A stretch of 18,760 bases of DNA from Candidatus Omnitrophota bacterium (GTDB lineage: Bacteria > Omnitrophota > Gorgyraeia > Gygaellales > Profunditerraquicolaceae): assembly GCA_049517335.1 (NCBI GenBank), contig JBEKSD010000022.1, positions 1-18,760 of the forward strand. The letters run 5' to 3'. Made by a program: the position numbers and the translations under genes. Each line of letters begins with the position of its first letter. Position 1 is the first letter of the stretch. The notes below the pieces were generated by a model. It ran no database searches. It was given only the letters and a program-made list of their open reading frames with translations, and was not told the DNA's origin. Positions 7,078-13,811 of this stretch are shown here, one piece after another.

Positions 7078-8565
7078 ATGTTTTTTTCCTGGCTTATAGA
7101 AAATAAGCATTTTAAAAAGGGGAGTGATATTAAAGGACAGATCACTCCCCTTTTGATTGTAATTACGGTCGTGCTTCTTATTTTAGCTTTGGTTACAATC
7201 AATGTAGGTCGTGTTGCGCTGGATAAAACCTACTCTTCTACCGCTGCTGACGCCGGAGCGCTCGCCGCCGCCTCAATATATGCCGCAGCTTTTAATGAAC
7301 TGGCGCAGTATAATCACGATTATTTATGGATGACTTATGTCGATAATTATGCAGCAATGCTTATGCTGCATGGTGAGGCGCAAGATGACCTTGATTTTGC
7401 CATAGGGCTTACTTCAACAGGGCTTGCTCTCTTGGATTCCGCCTACGCATATCTTCTTACTCAGACCCCTGTCGCATGTCCAGTCAACCTGTATACGTAT
7501 TATTCAAGTGCTGCTTGGTTTTTTGCAGCCAGCGCTGATTTTACTGAGGCGGCAGCATATACGAACCAATTTATTGCCGCTGCTTCATATATGCTTTCCA
7601 TAGTTAATAGCCACCATCTGAATACAGATGATGCCTATTGCCAGATGCGGACTATGATGGATGATTATAACAGTTCTAGTAATGATACCGGGTATTCTTA
7701 TGCGTTTAGCAATAGCGGCATCTTGGATAAACTATCAACAAATCAACAGAACGTATTTAGTGCTTGGCTGTCATCACAGAGCACTCCGCCTGCATATACC
7801 TCGGGCAGTTATTCTTGGCAGGATAGCCTTGCTCAAAACCACAGCGTGAATGTGAATGTAGCTGTTCCGACAATAACTTCTTATGAGTTGCAGCACACAA
7901 ACTACGGCTACCAAAAAGAATGCGACGTTATTGATGGTATGATTTCAACCGGCAATACTATAGTGACAATTTTAGGCGTCCAGGCATCATTGTGCGCTAT
8001 CGCTGCTACATTTTGTCTGACCTTGTCTGCCGCAGCGTCAGAAGCTTATACTACGTTTTGGACGGGTGTAGATATGATGATGGCATGTTGTCCTTGTTGC
8101 TGTTGTGGTCCTAACTGCGGTGGTTGTGCTTGTTGTGCTGCAGGTGCCGTGCTAATTGTTCAATCATATGGCATGGCGGCAGCTGTATGGGCAAAATGGG
8201 GTTATGTCGATGCCCTTGCAACTATAATTATTGTTGCGATAGATGCATTGGTTACTATTGGAACGGCTGTTGGATTGTATTTTTTAAAGGACGCAACAGA
8301 TGAAGCCTTGTATGGCTTTGAAATGGATAGTACTTTTTCAAGCAAGAGTTGTAGCGATGCCAGCGACCTTCTTATCGTAAAGATAAGCGAAGTTATTTTG
8401 CCGACATGGAAGGTCACTTGTTGCGAAACCCAGACCCATCCCGGAACCAGCCAAGGAATATTTACTACTGCTTATCCGTCTGTGCGTAGTTGTGCTAAGG
8501 CTAGTTTTGACGGCGGAGATGTGGGAAGTTTCACGAAGACCTACGACTCAAAGATAACTGATTAA
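7078..8565 (+). CDS. TadG-like pilus-associated protein with Cys cluster and hydrophobic Ala-rich helices
   Basis: KG|QITPLLIVITVVLLILALVTINVGRV...STAADAGALAAA is the Tad/TadG N-terminal signature. The protein has 19 Cys, including CCPCCCCGPNCGGCACC. Confidence 0.82.
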   Translation: MFFSWLIENKHFKKGSDIKGQITPLLIVITVVLLILALVTINVGRVALDKTYSSTAADAGALAAASIYAAAFNELAQYNHDYLWMTYVDNYAAMLMLHGEAQDDLDFAIGLTSTGLALLDSAYAYLLTQTPVACPVNLYTYYSSAAWFFAASADFTEAAAYTNQFIAAASYMLSIVNSHHLNTDDAYCQMRTMMDDYNSSSNDTGYSYAFSNSGILDKLSTNQQNVFSAWLSSQSTPPAYTSGSYSWQDSLAQNHSVNVNVAVPTITSYELQHTNYGYQKECDVIDGMISTGNTIVTILGVQASLCAIAATFCLTLSAAASEAYTTFWTGVDMMMACCPCCCCGPNCGGCACCAAGAVLIVQSYGMAAAVWAKWGYVDALATIIIVAIDALVTIGTAVGLYFLKDATDEALYGFEMDSTFSSKSCSDASDLLIVKISEVILPTWKVTCCETQTHPGTSQGIFTTAYPSVRSCAKASFDGGDVGSFTKTYDSKITD

Positions 8566-8591
8566 TAAGTAAAAGATTAAGAAGGGAGAAT

Positions 8592-9455
8592 GTGATGATA
8601 AAAAGAATTGCAGGTATAATCATTTGTTTTCTTTGCTTTACTATGCCCTTGCGGGCTGAAATTCCTTTACCTGAGGATGCGACATTGGTGAAGGCAGGGG
8701 AACCTGATACTAGCCCAATGCACTTGAGTATAAAGATGTATCGCACTTCGTTGTCGCTAAATAAGCTCAATGATTTTTTTAGCCGGGCAATGCAGCAGGC
8801 CGGGTGGCATGAAGATAAAAGCGCTAAAGGCTCTTTAAGGTTTCAAAATGGCCAACGCATGGCAATGATCTTTCCTTTGCCTACCTTGACCCGCGAAGGA
8901 AGGATCGCATTCACCGTTACTGAGGGCAAGGTTCTTTCCAAGGAAGATTTTGTGGCTACCCAAAAGGATAAGCCTGACGCGCTTATTTTTATGCCTCCAT
9001 ACCCGAATGCAAAACAGATGTATCTCTGGGATTTGCCAACCGGAGGTGTCTCGGCAGCCTATATTACGACAGACGCTATTCAGGATGTGTTGTTTTTTTA
9101 CAAGGCAAAGATGCTCGATTATGGCTGGTTTCTTGCTGAGGAGGCGCCAATTGTCAGGACTCCAATTTCATATGATTCTAAGGGAATTAAAACAATATTG
9201 GCAAAAGAACATATAAATGCTAAAGTTAAAGCTAAAGGCGAAGAGGAAAAAGCCTCCCTGACTTTTAAAAAGTCCACAGGAGAAAGTTGTTTTATCAACC
9301 TATTTTCTACTAGCGTGGATGCAGATTCATTTTTGGGAAATCCAAAGAACTTAGCTGCAATTACTGCGAATCTAAAAGATTGGCCGAAGACTTCTTCAGA
9401 AAGGAGAACAGAAATTCTGGTGACTTATAATGAAGTTAAGAAATTACATAAATAA
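8592..9455 (+). CDS. Secreted hypothetical protein with two related domains
   Basis: Sec-like signal MMIKRIAGIIICFLCFTMPLRA|E. Repeated pattern IPLPEDA...YRTSLSLNKLNDFFSRAMQQAGW and MPPYPNA...YITTDAIQDVLFFYKAKMLDYGW. Confidence 0.8.
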   Translation: MMIKRIAGIIICFLCFTMPLRAEIPLPEDATLVKAGEPDTSPMHLSIKMYRTSLSLNKLNDFFSRAMQQAGWHEDKSAKGSLRFQNGQRMAMIFPLPTLTREGRIAFTVTEGKVLSKEDFVATQKDKPDALIFMPPYPNAKQMYLWDLPTGGVSAAYITTDAIQDVLFFYKAKMLDYGWFLAEEAPIVRTPISYDSKGIKTILAKEHINAKVKAKGEEEKASLTFKKSTGESCFINLFSTSVDADSFLGNPKNLAAITANLKDWPKTSSERRTEILVTYNEVKKLHK

Positions 9456-9603
9456 AGCTCAAAGTGTATTTGAATATGCTATAATAATTATTCTTATGGT
9501 GGCTGCTCTTATTGCCATAGGTAAGTTTTTACAGAGGTCTTTGCAGGGTAGATACCGCCAATCAGCAGATACTTTTAGCAGCGGTGAGCAATACCTGCCT
9601 TAA
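9430..9603 (+). CDS. Flp-like prepilin (57 aa, not in ORF track)
   Basis: Hand translation: MKLRNYINKA|QSVFEYAIIIILMVAALIAIGKFLQRSLQGRYRQSADTFSSGEQYLP. Overlaps the previous gene by 26 nt. Confidence 0.85.
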   Translation: MKLRNYINKAQSVFEYAIIIILMVAALIAIGKFLQRSLQGRYRQSADTFSSGEQYLP

Positions 9604-9626
9604 AATATAATACGGAGAAATAACGC

Positions 9627-10472
9627 TTGTTAATAATCACAATATTTTTATTCCTTGCCGCAGTAACTATAATCGTCTATAGTCTTCTTCCCGGTGTTTT
9701 TCAGAAAGCTGAAACTTGGCAGCTCGCTAAGGAAAAGCAAGTTGCCAAGGAGATGGAAAAGCTTTATTTTGACAAGAATCCGCGCAGCATAGTACAATTA
9801 TACGCAATCCTGCCGATAATTTTAGGCGTTGGAGGATATCTCCTATCCAGGGCTTCTATTTTTACAATTATAGGAGCAATTATTGGCTTTGCAATACCCA
9901 ACTTTATTCTAAAAATGCGTTTTGCTAAACGAAAGCAGAAATTCAGCGTGCAACTACTTGATGCGATTAACCTTATGTCGAGTTCACTTAAGGGTGGATT
10001 GAGCCTGTTACAAGCAGTTGAAGTGGTGGCTGAGGAGATGCCTCCCCCTATTTCTCAGGAATTTGGTTATGTGATCCGCGAGAATAAAATTGGCGTTTCT
10101 TTTGAAAGCAGCCTTGAGCATTTAAAAGAACGCATGCCTGCTGAGGAGTTGACTTTAATTGTAAGCTCAATTCTTGTAGCGCGCGAAACAGGAGGAGACT
10201 TAACAAAAGTTTTTAGCAGGCTCTCCGTGACTATACGCGATAACAACAAGCTGAAAGAAAATATCAAGACCTTAACTTTACAGGGAAAACTACAGGCAGC
10301 AATTATGTCTCTTCTGCCTTTTTTCTTTGTTGGATGGGTTGTAACGGTAAATAAGCATCACTTTGATATAATGCTGCAAAACGACATGGGAAGGTTTCTT
10401 TTGATTCTGGCTGTCGTTCTGCAGGTTGTGGGAATGTTTTTAATCCGTAAGTTCAGTACTATAAAAGTTTAA
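9627..10472 (+). CDS. tadB: Tad inner-membrane platform protein TadB (T2SSF family)
   Basis: FSVQLLDAINLMSSSLKGGLSLLQAV...PPPISQEF...RETGGDL...IKTLTLQGK with multiple TM segments. GGAG precedes the TTG start. Confidence 0.92.
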   Translation: MLIITIFLFLAAVTIIVYSLLPGVFQKAETWQLAKEKQVAKEMEKLYFDKNPRSIVQLYAILPIILGVGGYLLSRASIFTIIGAIIGFAIPNFILKMRFAKRKQKFSVQLLDAINLMSSSLKGGLSLLQAVEVVAEEMPPPISQEFGYVIRENKIGVSFESSLEHLKERMPAEELTLIVSSILVARETGGDLTKVFSRLSVTIRDNNKLKENIKTLTLQGKLQAAIMSLLPFFFVGWVVTVNKHHFDIMLQNDMGRFLLILAVVLQVVGMFLIRKFSTIKV

Positions 10473-10477
10473 TAACT

Positions 10478-11332
10478 ATGATTTTAATCTTATTGATCAT
10501 TGTTGTCGGTGGTGTAATTATCCTGATAGGGATTTCGCAGGCAAGCCATACAACGCTTAAGCCTTTCAATTTCCAGCAAAATACTAGTAGGCATAATTTT
10601 ATGCGGCCGCATGAGGCTCCGATTTCAATTCCTTTTATTCAAAATATCTTAGAGAGGACCGGTTGGGGGGCGACTTTCAGGAGAAAGATTGACGCAGCCC
10701 ACCTCCGCCTTAACCCCCAGGTATTTTTCCTTGTAAAAATTGCCGTTGCGATCCTGTTATTTGTCGTCAGTTTGGCAATTTATGGCAAATTCAATCCGTT
10801 TATAATTATCCCCATCTTAATTGGCTATACAATCCCAGATTTTTACCTTAAAATGAAAATTAACAAGCGTAAAGCCCAGATTATAAGGGTTATGCCTGAG
10901 ACTATTGACTTGCTGGGGCTTTGTATCGAGGCAGGCCTTGATTTTACAAATGCCGTAAAGTGGGTTATTGACAAGACCCCACCTACTCCCCTTGTTGAGG
11001 AATTAGTGTTTGTTTTGGAGGAGATTAAATGGGGAAAACCCAGAATTCAGGCGTTAAAGGATATGTCGAGGCGCCTTGATATTCCTGAAGTAACCTCTTT
11101 TGTACAGACGATAATTCAGGCGGAAAGAATGGGTACGCCTGTGGCCGAGGCCTTTACCATACTCTCTGAAGACAGCCGTATGCAACGTTTCCACCGCGGC
11201 GAGCGCATTGCTCTGCAAGCTCCCATCAAGATACTTTTTCCTCTCATTTTCTTCATTATGCCTGTTATTGGCATAGTCATAGGCGGGCCGATCCTTCTGC
11301 AATTCATGCACGGCGGCCTAGTTCCTAAATAA
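10478..11332 (+). CDS. tadC: Tad inner-membrane platform protein TadC (T2SSF family)
   Basis: MPETIDLLGLCIEAGLDF...GKPRIQAL...IIQAERMGTPVA...APIKILFPLIFFIMP. Confidence 0.93.
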   Translation: MILILLIIVVGGVIILIGISQASHTTLKPFNFQQNTSRHNFMRPHEAPISIPFIQNILERTGWGATFRRKIDAAHLRLNPQVFFLVKIAVAILLFVVSLAIYGKFNPFIIIPILIGYTIPDFYLKMKINKRKAQIIRVMPETIDLLGLCIEAGLDFTNAVKWVIDKTPPTPLVEELVFVLEEIKWGKPRIQALKDMSRRLDIPEVTSFVQTIIQAERMGTPVAEAFTILSEDSRMQRFHRGERIALQAPIKILFPLIFFIMPVIGIVIGGPILLQFMHGGLVPK

Positions 11333-11338
11333 ACAATA

Positions 11339-11369
11339 GTAGACGGTTCGAACCCTACCTTTATTATTT
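11339..11369 (+). terminator. Possible weak terminator after tadC
   Basis: GTAG-AC-GGTTCGAACC-CTAC imperfect hairpin followed by CTTTATTATTT. Confidence 0.35.
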
Positions 11370-11474
11370 CTCGATTATTAATTTTGCCTGTAGCAGGAAA
11401 TCTTCAGCAAGCGTTTCTGAAAGCAATCTTACGAATCTATCATAGTCTAACATGAAATGTTATATTCTAACACC

Positions 11475-11885
11475 TTATCCTTTAGGCAATATGGATTTTA
11501 CCCAAGTAAGGAATCTTTCTGAATGCTTAGATAAGCTAACCGCTTCGCTTTGTGTAATTAACCTTTGATCATATTCAACAATATTCTTTATTGGAATCAA
11601 ATTACGTAAATGGCTAATATTTTCTTCAAGCGTTTTTATGTTTTACTAAGCTACTAATAAGTTTAAGGATATCATCATGCTTCGGACTTGCGCTTCTTAC
11701 TTCGTGCAGAGAGACTAACAGTGCATCTGCTGAAGAGATGCCAGCATAAATGGCATTTAAACCAGCGGCGTTCCATTTTTCTTTTATAAGACTATCTTGC
11801 CGCTTGAGAAAAATTCTTCCGCTTTTTTGAGGTAATTTATATAATCTGACTTTGAAACGTGGCTAGTTTTAATATTTTTTGTCAT
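11475..11885 (-). pseudogene. HEPN domain protein of an MNT-HEPN pair, two frameshifts
   Basis: Reconstructed: MTKNIKTSHVSKSDYINYLKKAEEFFSS / QDSLIKEKWNAAGLNAIYAGISSADALLVSLHEVRSASPKHDDILKLISSLVKHK / LEENISHLRNLIPIKNIVEYDQRLITQSEAVSLSKHSERFLTWVKSILPKG. Frameshifts near 11800 and 11632. ATGA overlap with the MNT stop. Confidence 0.75.
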
Positions 11886-12501
11886 AAATTGATTAATTCG
11901 GATATCTTCTTACCGTAGATGACGTTACCAGTGCGAACAATTTCATTGATAAAGACGTCTTTCTTTTTGAATTTATTCTGGAATTCATTTATCAAAAGTG
12001 GTACGCTTGCCAGATAATTCCCAAAAAGCAATGTTATCTTTTTTTCTACCTCAGATAATTTTTTGGCGATAAGCAACTTGTTTTTTGAGTGCGGATATAT
12101 AATAACGATATCTATATCGCTATCGGCCGAGGCGCCACCTCTAGCAAAACTAGCGAATAGAATAATACTTAAGGGCCGCGGTGACTTAATTTCTCTTAAG
12201 ATAATCCGGGCAATACGGCCAAAAATATCTCCTTCTTTTTCAAATGCTGGACGAATAATTTCTTTAACTAAGAAATTCTCTGCGTTAAGCCAATAAACTA
12301 AAGAACTACCTACAGAACGCATACTTACTACACCATGCCTAGTTAAATCCTTTAGGGCAGTGTGGACTTTTACATGCGATAAACCAACATTCTTGACAAT
12401 CTCCCTACCGTTTAACTGAGCCTGGCTTTTGACTAGAAATCGCAGTATTTTTACCTTGGAATATTGCCCTAAATATTATCAAGCGGCCTGTCTAATAACA
12501 A
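11882..12501 (-). pseudogene. Winged-HTH + minimal nucleotidyltransferase (MNT) fusion, frameshifted near the 5' end
   Basis: AGGAGG RBS (12507-12512) and TTG 12501 give MLLDRPLDNI. A 1-nt loss near 12470 follows, then LGQYSKVKILRFLVKSQAQLNGREIVKNVGLSHVKVHTALKDLTRHGVV in frame with track ORF 11882-12322. MNT motif LFASFARG...DSDIDI (usual GS is AS). Confidence 0.8.
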
Positions 12502-12528
12502 TTCTGCCTCCTTCTTAGGAAACTATAC

Positions 12529-12554
12529 TTACCATCTGGTAATTATTATTACCA
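12529..12554. promoter_or_regulatory. Putative autoregulatory operator of the MNT-HEPN pair
   Basis: Inverted repeat TTACCA-TC-TGGTAA (12529-12542) plus another TTACCA at 12549-12554, just upstream of the wHTH-MNT start. Confidence 0.4.
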
Positions 12555-12589
12555 TGAATATTCAATTTCTCAATGCATTTTTGTAGTGG

Positions 12590-13036
12590 GGCTGCGTCAA
12601 GCGAATTGTGTAAAGTCCTTTAAGGTTCATTCCTTCCAGTGTTTCTTCGGGCAATCGTAAAAATTAAGCAGGTTATCAATATCCTTTTCTACGCATTCTA
12701 CTGCTTTAGGACAACGCCCAATCCAGCCCCTGCGCCATTCTTTAAACTTATTCATTGCTTTCGCTTTGCTCTTGGCAGTATAGCTCCTTGAGGCATTCCT
12801 TAGCTTATGCACCCAGCAAGCCTGCCTTGGAGTTAAAGGATAAAGCATATCCAAAGCAGCATGTAGGTCTTTTAAGCCGTCGGTGACAACCAACTTTAAA
12901 TTATCTCCTTTAAGGCCGCGTTTGTAGAGCGCTCGAATACCCTTGTCTTAAACCCACCCTTGCGTAAGCGGGGGGGATGAAGATCGTTTACGCACCCAAA
13001 CTGAGTAACAAGCGTCCTGCGGTAATAGCCGTTACG
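12590..13036 (-). mobile_element. IS256 (Mutator) family remnant with internal deletions and one terminal inverted repeat
   Basis: The N-terminal piece RNGYYRRTLVTQFG...PRLRKGGFKTRVFER (13036 to about 12930) is joined out of frame to LYKRGLKGDNLKLVVTDG...YPLTPRQACWVHKLRN...HWKE*. IS256-type end GGCTGCGTCAAGCGAATTGTGTAAA at 12590-12614. Confidence 0.85.
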
Positions 13037-13204
13037 TTATATTCTTCTTTAGACTGCAATATTGTTTTAAAAATTAAACTCTGTTATAATAAGAATGGAC
13101 ATTGTTTTTGTAGGTTAAATGGCAAAATATTCCTAGCTCGAATTTTGAGATGATATCATTTTAATTAAGAATTTAAAATTAGAATCTAACAAAAATCTTG
13201 AAAC

Positions 13205-13236
13205 ATGGGGTCAGAGCCATTTAACTCTGACCCCAT
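13205..13236. repeat. Perfect 12-bp inverted repeat (REP-like or terminator-like)
   Basis: ATGGGGTCAGAG, 8-nt loop, CTCTGACCCCAT. Confidence 0.7.
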
Positions 13237-13278
13237 CTTTGGAACTCTGTTTTGAATCTTTTATAGGACAGAAAATAA

Positions 13279-13319
13279 TGTCCAAACTGTCCAGTCTGAG
13301 CTTAAAATTGTCCACTCTG
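13279..13319 (+). promoter_or_regulatory. Cluster of TGTCCANWCTG direct repeats, putative protein-binding sites
   Basis: TGTCCAAACTG 13279, TGTCCAGTCTG 13288, TGTCCACTCTG 13309. The same motif, TGTCCAATCTG, occurs at 2042-2052. Confidence 0.45.
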
Positions 13320-13346
13320 ATAAAACCAAGATAGAGACGGAATCTC

Positions 13347-13446
13347 AAGGACGTTTCTCAACTATTTGGAATGATTTTTTGAGAAACGTCCTTAAGACTA
13401 CAGTTCTCCATGATTGTTTTAAAGACGTTTCTGTGCGAGAACCGTA
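13347..13446. repeat. Two related REP-like palindromes
   Basis: AAGGACGTTTCTCAA (13347-13361) / TTGAGAAACGTCCTT (13379-13393) is a perfect 15-bp IR. A degenerate copy GACGTTTCT-GTGCG-AGAACCGT lies at 13424-13445. Confidence 0.65.
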
Positions 13447-13506
13447 CCTAAAATGACCACCGTGCTGAAATAAAGAAAACGCTACCAAAAAAGAGCATAT
13501 TTTTGC

Positions 13507-13534
13507 TTGACAGCGTCGGAGAATATGGTATATT
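13507..13534 (+). promoter_or_regulatory. Putative sigma70 promoter for riboswitch and giant gene
   Basis: TTGACA (13507-13512), 16 bp, TATATT (13529-13534) with an extended -10 TG at 13526-13527, immediately 5' of the aptamer. Confidence 0.7.
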
Positions 13535-13551
13535 TGGAGTGTAGTAAAGAG

Positions 13552-13645
13552 CGGTAGTAAAGAGTAAACTTAGAGTAATCTAAGGACACAAAGCCACGGG
13601 TCCTTAAATAGTAAAAGCTTCGCAGGACAGCCGGGTTGCCGATTC
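13552..13645 (+). ncRNA. GEMM-I / c-di-GMP-I class riboswitch aptamer, A20 variant (candidate 3',3'-cGAMP sensor)
   Basis: GAGTAAAC, P2 CTTAGA/GTAA/TCTAAG (GNRA loop), GACACAAAGCCACGGGTCCT...AGGACAGCCGGGTTGCCGA matches the GEMM-I consensus GGCAAAC...GACGCAAAGCC...GGGTTRCCGA. There is a compensatory U-A pair at 13565/13588. Confidence 0.9.
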
Positions 13646-13686
13646 CGACGAGAAAAGTTGGGTTTGACAATCCGGATTTTATTTTT
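13631..13686 (+). terminator. Riboswitch expression-platform terminator overlapping the aptamer 3' strand
   Basis: CCGGGTTGCCGATTCCGAC (13631-13649) pairs with GTTGGGTTTGACAATCCGG (13657-13675) at 17 of 19 positions, counting G-U. TTTTATTTTT (13677-13686) follows. Confidence 0.78.
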
Positions 13687-13811
13687 AGTACTTCTTAATC
13701 GGTTTTAAAAACGATTAAATAACCAATTATGAATAGCTCAAAAACCGAAATTAAAATAGGCAGATTTGGGGTAAGGGGAGTAGTTATTTTTTATATAATA
13801 TATAAAAAAAT

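Noticed and set aside
7661-9216. Alternate-frame and antisense ORFs (7661-7849, 8202-8417, 8531-8770, 8950-9216)
   Set aside because: Nested in or overlapping longer supported CDSs, with no family features.
11345-11356. GGTTCGAACCC resembling a tRNA T-arm (possible att site)
   Set aside because: No acceptor, D or anticodon arm and no second copy in the window.
11364-11453. 29-aa minus-strand ORF ending AEDFLLQAKLIIEK, vaguely like a HEPN C-terminal helix
   Set aside because: Too short and too weak to call.
13200-13450. Possible CRISPR array
   Set aside because: The palindromes differ from each other, are not regularly spaced, and no cas genes are present.
13496-13517. Possible second IS256 inverted repeat supplying the -35 box of the giant-gene promoter
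   Set aside because: Similarity to the 12590 end is mostly the GTCAAGC core, there is no target-site duplication, and no transposase sequence lies in 13040-13500.
13482-13670. 62-aa minus-strand ORF
   Set aside because: It is the antisense of the promoter and riboswitch.
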